Shown here: in pieces, positions 42,880 through 64,000 of the stretch
Layout: each line of letters opens with the position of its first letter
Position numbering within the stretch: the first letter of the stretch is position 1
Assembly (NCBI GenBank): GCA_963693365.1
Contig: CAVNZM010000010.1
Location: 4,276,159 to 4,340,158 of the forward strand
Source of the DNA: Amoebidium appalachense
Lineage: Eukaryota > Protista > Ichthyosporea
DNA: 64,000 bases
Direction: 5' to 3'
Notes under the pieces: model-generated
What the model was told of the DNA's origin: nothing
Database searches by the model: none
What the model saw: only the letters and a program-made list of their open reading frames with translations
Position numbers and translations under genes: made by a program

Positions 42880-44399
42880 CATACATAATGCTCATGCACT
42901 AGCCACTCATTTGCCTTATCATCAGCTTACTTTGCTGCCTCGGCTTCAGCACTACAACACGAGCCGCATATGCTCATTTCTTTTTTTCTTCCCCCAGTTT
43001 TTGCTAAGCGTCATCAGCGCATTCCTGGAGGGCCACCAGGTTCCACCTTCAGACCTTTCTTCTCTGAGCACGTCACTCACTCCACTTCAACTGAGAAGTT
43101 TGTGGCGTGAGATACATGCACTTGTGCGCGATGTGGCGGTGACAGAACCAACAAACCAAAAGGTCAGTGAGCGACTCTTGTTGCTTTCCTTAAAGTAGGA
43201 AGAGTGAAAGGCGTATGAGCATGTGAGTTGGGGGGGGGAGGGGGAGGGGGGGAGAGGAGGGGTCGGTCACGGGGGTTGAGGGGAACCGGGGGCGGGGGAG
43301 GGGGGGGGGGAAGGGTGAGGGGAGCGGGGAGGGGGGGGGGGGGGGGGGGGGACTCCAACAGTATGGGGTGCTAACTATAACCAACCAAGTGAGCAAGTAA
43401 CGATTAACCATGCCACTGTGTTTGTTTTGTGGATTTTTTGTTCCCCCTTCCCCCCCCCCCCTCCCCCCCTCCCTGCGCACTGTTATCAATTCAAAGCAAC
43501 TTCAGTTCAGAATTACTATTATTTGCAATTTTTACTATTATCGTCGTCACAAATAAGCAACCCCCCTCCCCCCTCCCCCCCCCCCCCCCTTTCTTACTCT
43601 CTCTCAGATACCCCACTCCCCTCCCCTCTCCCCTTCCCCTCCCGCTTCTCTTTGCCCTCTCCCCACCCCAGACACACATAGCAAACGGGCAAACACAAGC
43701 GCACACATGCCGACTCCCCGTTTCGCCTGCAAAAATATGGTGTGTTTTTTTTTTTTTTGAAGGGAGGGGAAGCGGGGGGGGGAGTGGGGTTCAAGCAGGT
43801 GGTATTTTTGGCACGTGTGAGCTTTAAAGAACACACGAGGCCAGAGCCTGCGGACGTCTTGCAGAACAGCTGAATGTTTGCTGACTATGTGTGTTTGTGC
43901 ACTATATGATGTGCGAGACCAGCATGGGCAGGTGTTTGTATTTGTCCACCTTATGCCGTGGGTAAAGGGGAAAGCGGGGGGGGGGGGGGGGGGGGGGCTG
44001 TGTAATATTGAAAGGGCAGGCATGTCTAAACCATACATCCACTCATGTCTCTTTATGTTGCAGCTTTTGGAGACCTTACGGCAGGCAGGAGTGAGCGAAC
44101 AGCAGAGCCGATTGGTGGGGGGTTGCTTGGAGGCGAGCAGGCAGGCTCTGAGGAGAAAAGCCCTTGAGAACACAGCTGGTGTGTCTGCGACTCACCTGGT
44201 GGATTTTGACTGGAACACCCACGTGCGTAACTTTGATTTTCACTCAAAAAAACCCCGGAACCCCCCTAATGATGGGCTCTGTTCAAGTGTCTTCTCCCCG
44301 TATTCTTGATTTGTTTGATTTTGGGGTTTTCATTTTTGTGACGTTTTGTGGTTTGTCCCTTGGTGTCTCCTCCATATTTTCAACCCTCTAACTCATACA

Positions 44400-44433
<34 letters not shown>

Positions 44434-44716
44434 TTTCTCACCCCGAGTGCCCAACCCATACACAACACCTCCAAAAACATTATCAATCTTCCGTCTTGGT
44501 CCCGGACAGCCTTGGATCTCCTCATACCTCAGTATGCTACCATTGGGTCTCTCTCTCTCTCCCTCTCTCTCTGTCCCTCTCTGTCCCTCTCTCCCTCTCT
44601 CTTCCCCCCCCCCCCCCCCCTTTCTCTCTCCCTCTCTCCTCTCCCCCCCCCCCCCCCCCCATCGTCTCTCATTCGCCGTTTCCCTCTCCCCCCCCCCCCC
44701 CCCCCCCCCCCCCACA

Positions 44717-44785
<69 letters not shown>

Positions 44786-45001
44786 ACGCGCACACGCACA
44801 CGCACACGCACACGTACACACCTTCATTATCTATTTCCATTTTCTTAACCCACACTGACCGATATCATGGGTACAGGTGGTGCTTGCCTCAGACAAGATG
44901 GGCTCCATACGGGAACCAAGAACAGTTCTTTCATTGTTCTGCCGGCAGCCCAACGGAGGTAGTCATCAATATCCCCCCCCCCCCCCCTCCCCCTCCCCCC
45001 C

Positions 45002-45032
<31 letters not shown>

Positions 45033-45373
45033 ACACACACACATATCCCCCCCTTCCCCCCCCCCCCCCCCCCCCCCCCCCTTGATTTGTTGCTGCGCCT
45101 ATCTGGTTGACATGTCATCTGAATCTCCTGCACCTACGAGTAGTTAAATTGTGTACCACTTGCTGGCCGATTATTCTCAGCGTGCACGTACTTGAGTTGT
45201 AAACGACTCAAGTTGTTACCTCTAGAAGTACCTATCTACACAGGCGCCATGGCCGTGAAAAAAAACATTTAGAACGTAGAGTTTTGCTCCATAGGCCAAC
45301 AAACCATATTTTGTGGATGTGTAAGTGGGACGGATGACTTACTCTTGGGTGCAGCAAAAGTCCTCAAGCGGGT

Positions 45374-45410
<37 letters not shown>

Positions 45411-45572
45411 TGGTGTGGCATGAAGGGTAGGCCGGCGCCGTGAGAGTCGGTTTATTCCTTGCATGTAACCCAAGAGGAAAGCCCCCCCCCCCCCCCCCCC
45501 CCCCCCCCCGGGGGGCGGGGGGTACGTTTTTTGTTCTGACAGGCAGGTGGTGGCGGCGACGTATATGTGTGT

Positions 45573-45607
<35 letters not shown>

Positions 45608-45784
45608 CTCCGTGTAAATGGAAGACTTACCATACATCAACAGACCAACAAAACACGGTTGTCGAGCTTACCCACCAAGAACTGAAGGACTTGATTGCCA
45701 CCCTCGAACAGGCCCAAAATGTATCCCCCCTCCCCCGCCCTCCCGCCCTCCCTCTTTCTTTCTCTCTCTCTCTCTCTCTCTCTC

Positions 45785-45823
<39 letters not shown>

Positions 45824-46197
45824 ACCCCCACCCCCAGCAACCACAAACACACACACGTACACACACGCACGTTCTCTTGCTTCGGACAACATCTTTGGTC
45901 TATGACGCTTGGGTACACTTGTTTTTTCACGCATGCCCACAACACAAATACACACTTGTGCAGAGGGAAGTTCACTTGCCCACCCACACATTAATATGCA
46001 TGACAGATATGCACATACATCCCAGCGCCTGTTTGAAATGTTTTATGCTTGGTTTAATGGGATATGTACTTAAACCGTTTTAACTGCCGGGCGAATGGGA
46101 GTGTGAGTGATGAACATTTGCTCATGGCAGTAAGGTAGTCGTGGGAAAGTGTGTGGGTGGGTGTGTGGGTGTCTGAGAGGGAGAGAGAGAGTCACGT

Positions 46198-46228
<31 letters not shown>

Positions 46229-46461
46229 GGGGGGGGGGTCCAAGTCTGTTAATGTGGGGGACTTGTGCATGGGGTTACACACTATTTATTGCTACGGCCA
46301 TATCTGGGGCCAGCCTCACCTGACAATTTACTACAGTGCAGCCAATCAAATACAGCCAGTGATATATGTATGCACAAGTCAGTGGTCTTTGATCTAGATA
46401 TTTTTGTACTCGGTGCCGTGTTGTCGCTTTTAAGATGTCTCCATTTTCTCACGAACACATA

Positions 46462-46499
<38 letters not shown>

Positions 46500-46569
46500 C
46501 ATATGATGAACCTTTACTAATGTATGTTACGGATGTGTTTGGCAGGTGGTTGCCGATCTGGAAGGCTGA
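41999..46569 (+). CDS. COMMD8: COMM domain-containing protein 8 (Commander/CCC complex), 192 aa; exons 41999-42070, 42998-43162, 44064-44222, 44877-44958, 45644-45720, 46546-46569
   Basis: Spliced C-terminus LVDFDWNTHVVLASDKMGSIREPRTVLSL..VVELTHQELKDLIATLEQAQNVVADLEG* matches the COMMD8-type COMM domain. Exon phases are consistent (579 nt). Confidence 0.9.
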
Positions 46570-46652
46570 GTCAGATGATGATATGCAACATCCCCCAGTG
46601 AGCCGGTGCAATCCTGAGAAGGTTCCTTTACGTGCATGCATGCTACATGTGC

Positions 46653-46727
<75 letters not shown>

Positions 46728-46809
46728 ACACACACGTACACACAACACATACATACATACACACACACACGCACACACACACACACACACATACACACAT
46801 ACACACATA

Positions 46810-46906
<97 letters not shown>

Positions 46907-47201
46907 GTGCACATGCACATGCACATGCACACCCTTGCGCTCGAACTTCACTTCCACTTTCACCTCCCCACAGCCTCAATCACCCTTTTCCCTTCCCCAC
47001 CTCTCTCCGGCCCATGTTTAGCTCATTGCTGTTCTTTTCCGATTTGCTGTATTAAGACTGCGCATCTTTAAAGTCCGAATGCTAACTACCTGCTGTATGC
47101 GTTATAGAAAATATCAGTCATGGAAGTTCTTACTAGAGCAAGAAGGTGTGCTGACACGTGCGCGAATGTATTTAATTTTAGATGAACATGCAGGCACAAT
47201 T

Positions 47202-47232
<31 letters not shown>

Positions 47233-48398
47233 GGGGGGGGGGGGGGGGATTTGCGAGTTCGACAAGGTATGTACAGATGCACGAATGACATGTACAGTGG
47301 TAACACTACAAAGATGCGGCTTTGTAATGAAATTTAGTCTTCAGACATCAACAATTGGTCGAAAGGTTTAAGGGAATGAATGGGGCAAACCTCTCCTAGT
47401 GTGCTTTGTTTGTACTTTGCCTGGCTTCTTCTCCTTTTTTTTTTTTTTTTTTTTTTGCCTGGCCAGTTAGCCGCATTGGCATTCTGACTGTATTGATTGC
47501 AGTAGCTCTAAATTTGTATCGAATAAAGTATGAATTCTGAACAAGCTTTGAGTGGTCCGATTTGGGCTAAACTGCACGCACACATCAGCTTTTTACGTCT
47601 CGAGCTTTCCCTTAAGCTTCCTCTTGTCTCTCTCTCTCTGTCTATCTCTCTCTCACTCGCCTCCCCCCCCCCCCCCCCCCCATACAAACACATGCACGTT
47701 AACTTTGGATGTTTAGGGTGCTTCTTGATGTCATTAGCTTAGGCTTATCGGGATAAATTTGAGACATCTATATTATCTAGTAACAATATAATAGGTAGTT
47801 TTGGTACATACATTTCTAGTAATCCCTTCTCCGAGTTACTCTCCGAAGGTCTATTATTCTCCCCCCCCCCCCCCCCCCCCCCCCCCCCGCGCTCACCACC
47901 CACCACCCACCCATACAGGGGTCTTCTTCTCTCCCCCAACCCTTTCTCCTGCCTATTTCCTCTCTTAGATTCATTTACCACACCCAGGCTGTGCCTTCCT
48001 ACCATGATGCCCCCCCCCCCCCCCCTTCCCTCTAACTTTCTCTACCCTATTGCCCCCCCCCCCTCTCCCTTTCTCTCCCCTCTTTCCCTCCCCCCCCCTC
48101 CCCCCGAGGCCTCCCCTCCCTCTTTCTCTCCCTTTCTTGCGCTTTCACTTCCTCGCTCTTCCTCTTCTCCCTCTCTCTCTCCCCTCCCCCCCTCCCTCCC
48201 CCCCCCCCCCCCCCCCAAAAGCAAGCCCCTCCCCTCCGCTCCCTCTCATCGATCATAAGGGCTGTGTGTGTGTGTACTTCGGATGGGCAGGGGGGGAAGG
48301 CTTGTGCAAGATGTGTTGAGAAATCGTATGACTGACAAGCGTAGGTCTCTCAATCTGGTTGGGTGGGTGGCCGGGCGGGTAGTTCTAATTGTGTTTGT

Positions 48399-48434
<36 letters not shown>

Positions 48435-48668
48435 ACAAGACGAATCACATGTTCACATAATCGTGTGCTTTTTCATTGCTTTGTGGAAATTACATAGCAT
48501 AACACTTTCGTTATGTACACCGGAATAGCAGCACCAAAACAAAGGAAAGTTCTTTTCTCTACAAGCCTGTCCATCACTACCACGATTGAGTTCACTTTCT
48601 CAAAGCATTACTTGTTGTGCAGCACTGGCATGTTATCGACACTCCATGTAACTAATACGTCCACACAA

Positions 48669-49379
48669 TTACCTGAAGTCAGCCATCATTTTCTTTCTTA
48701 TCTCCTCGACCTTCCTAACCATTTCCTGTTCCTCGGCGGTTGGTGGACGTGGGCGGAACGGGACCTGAGGTGTGCGATCCCCAAACATAAGATTATGCGC
48801 CGGTGAGCCAACAGGGGCAGAGAGTAGGTAGTTCATGCGAATGTCGCTGTGCACCTTAGCCACAGCCTCCTTGCTGCCAAACAAAAGAACGATGTTTTCA
48901 TCTGTGTCCAACCCACTCTGTACCAATGGCTGCATGTAATAAAAGAGCCCGCGTCCAGTTTGAGGAAAGGCAACTGTCGGGAGCTCGATGTTCAATTTCT
49001 TTGCCAGTGCCACCGCCGACGGGTTGTCACGAGCGGCCACGAGGTGACGGAAAGGAGCAAAGAAGTCATCGTTGTCCATCGTATTCGGTGTGTTCAAACT
49101 TGAAGATGAAGAAGTCTCAACAGATGTGTTTTTGTCTTGTTTAGAGCCGCCCTGTTGGGTTGCCGCGCCTCCCTTTGCTTGTGTGTGTGTGTCGGTGGAA
49201 CTCTTCCTCTGCTTTGCGTCTGCAAGTAATTCACGGGCTGCTCTTGTGTCAAACATGGAAGGTGGGAACCTTGCCTGTAACAGCTTCAACGCACCTTTGA
49301 CCCCCAACTCTGGATTGCGCGACAGCTCATCACAGAGAAGACGCGTTGCTTGTTCGTTTTTGCTGTCTGTATGTTCCAT
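48669..49379 (-). CDS. Uncharacterised 236-aa protein (apparently single exon; the terminal CAG|GTAATT could be a donor)
   Basis: Repeat-free ORF with ATG and globular-looking composition; upstream CpG-rich region contains CCAAT boxes and an E2F-like GCGCGAAA at 49581. Confidence 0.7.
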   Translation of the reverse strand: MEHTDSKNEQATRLLCDELSRNPELGVKGALKLLQARFPPSMFDTRAARELLADAKQRKSSTDTHTQAKGGAATQQGGSKQDKNTSVETSSSSSLNTPNTMDNDDFFAPFRHLVAARDNPSAVALAKKLNIELPTVAFPQTGRGLFYYMQPLVQSGLDTDENIVLLFGSKEAVAKVHSDIRMNYLLSAPVGSPAHNLMFGDRTPQVPFRPRPPTAEEQEMVRKVEEIRKKMMADFR

Positions 49380-50369
49380 AATGTTTTGGTTTGCACGGAT
49401 GTCACTGAAACGACTTCGCGAGCTCTCGATCGCCTTTTCCCTTCGCGAATCCGGATCCCGGCGTTTTTAACGTCATATGATCATGGAGGCCGCCCGGCCC
49501 GGGGGCCTGTCTGCCTGTGCTTGGCTACGAGCCTAACTAGCCACTGTGCGATCAGCACCGCTAACCTAATATGGAAAATAGCGCGAAATTTTCCCCCGGC
49601 TTCCCGAGGTTTGCTGAGCTTCTCGTCGATTTGATGTATAATATGATCGTGTGTCCGTGACAAAACAATATATTTTGAATGAACGGGGTTGACTAGACCA
49701 CGCTTTGCTAAGTTACGTGCTAGTCCTACTTACACCTAGTAAGACGAGCACACTGAGTGAGCTCTGAAGCCCCCGACATGCCCTTATGTATATCGGAGCT
49801 CGCACAGCGGCTCAGACATGTGCATCGGTATGTCCTTTTGGCCACGAGAGCCAATCACATACGGTTCACGGTTCTGTTGTCCCGACTCCCATGGCATCAC
49901 GGTTCCAATAAACTAAGTGAGCCAATCGGGTGACAGTACTTGACTAGCGATGCATTCCACAGTCATACCTCACGGCTACTTGCATATTTTCCCATGATAA
50001 AACTACGATATATAAACGCTCATGGTTCCTCTACTACGTGTCGGTCCCATGCGACTATCATATCTGTTTTCCCATGAATAATCATGCAAGCTGCACGTGC
50101 ACATATGTCTAATTCCATGCTCATGTGCACAAGACTGGGGGGGGACATGCATACTGGCCTACCTAAGATCAAACACAGTGGTGTATATATATACATGTAC
50201 ACACGCGCGTATATCTCAACCTGTGTACATCCATACTAGATATCCGGTATAATATACCACACCATTGTACATACAGTCGTGGTGGTTCTGGTAAACGCAT
50301 AAAATATCAGATACGCCTGTTTCGAAAAAGGAGGGCCCAGCCACGTCAGCATTTTTCTCTTTTTATTCT

Positions 50370-50400
<31 letters not shown>

Positions 50401-50468
50401 GGGCCCCCGGCCCGCCTTCGCCCCCCGGGGGAGTAGGGCCCGGGGTCACGGGGGGTTTGTGTGTGTGT

Positions 50469-50590
<122 letters not shown>

Positions 50591-50597
50591 AGAGAGG

Positions 50598-50719
<122 letters not shown>

Positions 50720-51166
50720 CTTTGGGGGGGGGGGGGGGAGAGAGAGAGAGACGGGGGAAGAGGGAGAGAGAGATCATCGGGTAGGGGGGTGGGGATCCGG
50801 AGGGGGGAGAGAGAGAGAGTGTGTGTGTGTGTATGTGTGTGTGTGAGAGAGAGAGAAAGCCTGAGAGAGAGAGCCTCAGAGAGGGGGGAGAGAGGGGGAG
50901 GGGGGGGAGAGGCTTTGGGGGGGGGGGGGGGGGGGGGGGGGGAGAGGAAGAGGGGAAGGGAGAGAGAAAGAGAGAGAGCCGGAGAGTGAGTGTGTGTGTG
51001 TGTGCATGTGTGTGCGTGCGTGCGTGCGTGTGTGTGTATGTTTGTGTGCGTGTGCACGCACACGTTTTTATGTGGTCGGGGTTGGGGTGGGGTTAATGGA
51101 GGCGGTGGAGGAGGTAGTGGCAGGGAGGGAGAGAGGAGGGGGGGGAGGGGGGGGGGGGGGTGGGAT

Positions 51167-51227
51167 AATTAGTTATGCTGGATACCGGGACGGTATCCAA
51201 CTGTCCCGGTATCCAACTTAACTAATT
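51167..51227. repeat. 61-bp near-perfect palindrome (28-bp arms, 5-nt loop); possible MITE/foldback remnant
   Basis: aattagttatgctggataccgggacggt-atcca-actgtcccggtatccaacttaactaatt has 3 mismatches between arms and is flanked by GAT on both sides. Confidence 0.8.
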
Positions 51228-52099
51228 GATGTGTATGTAGCATGCCGGAAGGACCCTATTCTCAAATCCCCCCCTCCCCCCCCTCTTCCCGCACCCTCAT
51301 TTCCCATCCTCCCCCCCCCTTCCCCCCGGATATCGGTTACCCCCCGGGCCCGCTCAGCAAAAAGCAGAATCATTCTGCGTAATACGGCAGCCGAATATTT
51401 TTGCTCAAAGAAGTGTAAATCAATATTCTGCTAAAACTGATTAACTTTACAATTCAGAGGGTAAGTCTTCTAGAAGCAGAAAGTCCATTCTTGTTACTGC
51501 CAGAATAAATTTGCTCAGATCAGAATAGCTCTGCTGTTACTGAATAATTTTGCATGCGCCCAATAATGATGCTTTGAAACGAGAAGTACTCTGCTCTTAA
51601 AAGCCTTGAATAATTCTGTTTTTGGAGAATAATTCAACCCTGAGCAATTTGATTCTTTTGACGTGGTTTCTCCTCCCTTCTCCGGGTCCCAGAATAATAC
51701 TACCACGACTCCTCCCCCATTTTCCGCCTTTCCCTCCCCCCAAAGCTCCGCCACCCAGCCGACTTTCAAACACTTTACTCCCTTCCGACAGTTGTAATAC
51801 CATGCCTACCAGGTTGTGGGTGTCTGTGACGCCTACACAAGCGCCTTTGTAATTTTTTGTGCCTCCCCCCCCCCCCCCCCCCCCCCCCCCCCCACCTTCT
51901 TCCCGTCCACCCCGCCCATCCACACACACACACAGACCACGCACACGCACACATGCACATCGCCGGGCAAGCATCAAGGCCTCCTAACTTATAGGAAGCC
52001 TTGGCAAGCATGCGTGTGTGCGAACAGCGGACCTCCAAAATACTAATAACATCCTCTTTTGAAACTTTTTTTTTCTTTTCCATCGCCGTTATTACCCAA

Positions 52100-56690
<4,591 letters not shown>

Positions 56691-56743
56691 TTGAAGAGCT
56701 AATAATATTAACAGTTCAGCTAAAGGTTGATTCCCCCCCCCAA

Positions 56744-56807
<64 letters not shown>

Positions 56808-57839
56808 TTTCCACCGCACCGCATTGGTACCATCCAACCTCCTCGCAATTCTCGCGATCGGATGTGTGCAGATAGTTTTTTATTATAATATTTAAATATT
56901 ATGACTGTACTATGGTGGTGTGCATGGCATATCCATTGAAGACACACACAGAGGAGTGGCTCATGTCGGCCACCAAGAAAAACAAACAAACAAACAAAAA
57001 CAAACAAACAAGCAAACAAAACAAAAGAAAAACTTTAATAAAAAATGGAAGGTTTATGGCAGGACAAATGCTCCAGTGCGGCCACCGGGATCAACCGTGT
57101 AATGTGTGTCTTGATTATTCACGGCCATATCACGTCCATGTGATTGCGCAAAAAAGTTGGACTGTATATGTTCAATCCATATATCTTCCTACTTTTTTTA
57201 TTGTTTTATAAATAAAAAAAATATGCGTATGGATTGATTTATGTCTCGAATTCACCAGACATTTATATCCTAATAATTACAAAGCAAAAACAAATCAAAG
57301 CGGAAAGGAACAAAGAGGCAAAGAAGGAAAAAAGCGAGAAAATAACAGGAGGCTACTTCAGAGCTAGACCCCTTTCCCTTCCCAAATAAACCAATCCACC
57401 CACCCATATATAGATTTCGTAACAGCTTAGTTAATGGTTTGTATCCAAATGGAGAAAAGAGGGGGAAAGAGTCCCCCCTAGCAATTCACGTGCTCTATAG
57501 TCGAGATGGGAAAATCATAATGACGGTGTACATGCGGCAACCCCAGCATCATACACAACATAACCTATTCCAGTAAACATAATTACTTGACCTAAATTAG
57601 TTCGGTAAACTTCCTAATACATGAGAAAGCTAAGGGAGCAAACACATGCCCATCCCAGGCCTGTATTTATATGAATTTGGCCGGCGTACCCATTGCGATC
57701 ATACATGAGAATCTCACTAGCAGCCACAGAAAAAGGAAGCAAAACTAAAAATTCGATAAGCAAATGGACCAATCGTCAGAAGCGCTTATTTTACACCGGT
57801 ACTACGGACCTTTTGATCCAATCCTAAAAGGCACAAGAA

Positions 57840-58092
57840 AAAGAAGAAGAAGGAGGAGGAGGAGGAGGAGGAGGAGGAGGAGGAGGAGGAGGAGGAGGAG
57901 GAGGAGGAGGAGGAGGAGGAGGAGGAGGAGGAGGAGGAGGAGGAGGAGGAGGAGGAGGAGGAGGAGGAGGAGGAGGGGGGGAGGAGGCGGAGGAGGAGGA
58001 GGAGGAGGAGGAGGAGGACGAGGAGGAGGAGGAGGAGGATAAGAAGAAGAAGAAGAAGAAGAAAAAGAGGAGGAAGACGAAGAAGAAGAAGA
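57840..58092. repeat. (GGA)n/(GAA)n trinucleotide microsatellite downstream of PMCA
   Basis: More than 40 uninterrupted GGA units followed by GAA units. Confidence 0.95.
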
Positions 58093-58279
58093 ATTCTGAA
58101 GAAGTGATTAGCGACTCGTGCATATGTCAACCAACCCCATTCATAAACTGCGTCATTCCCATCCGAAAGTCACGGTTATTCCAACACAAAACGGCATTCT
58201 TTTCAACTTGAACCCCAAACCGCAAATTTTCCATTCCAACACCGCGTTTTCCGCATCCAAAATCGCGTTGTTTTAAGCT

Positions 58280-64000
<5,721 letters not shown>

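Noticed and set aside
57764-58130. Poly-Arg, poly-Ser and poly-Pro ORFs
   Set aside because: Translations of the (GGA)n microsatellite in the PMCA 3' flank.

Overview
Intron-rich eukaryotic genomic DNA using the standard code and GT-AG introns. The gene content (COMMD8, TPX2, BTB-BACK, PMCA) would fit a unicellular holozoan or other protist, but that is inference only. Introns and intergenic DNA are saturated with long pure G/C runs and (CA/TG)n, (CT/AG)n microsatellites, so most listed ORFs are artefacts. Genes reconstructed by hand from splice sites: the 3' end of a DHX57-like DEAH helicase (+), a BTB-BACK protein with a MATH-like tail (+), an RDH/WWOX-like SDR (-), TPX2 (-) divergent from COMMD8 (+), an orphan 236-aa ORF (-), a duplicated and partly disrupted mucin-stalk single-pass membrane gene (-), and the 3' half of a PMCA Ca2+-ATPase (-). 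There is also a frameshifted transposase-like relic (9.3-10.7 kb) and two poorly resolved multi-exon regions. The most interesting signals are mutually complementary repeat tracts near the two ends of several introns whose acceptors lack a pyrimidine tract, a dense AACGG (Myb/MSA) cluster upstream of TPX2, a triplicated branch-point/acceptor unit, and twin 33-bp E-box minisatellites.
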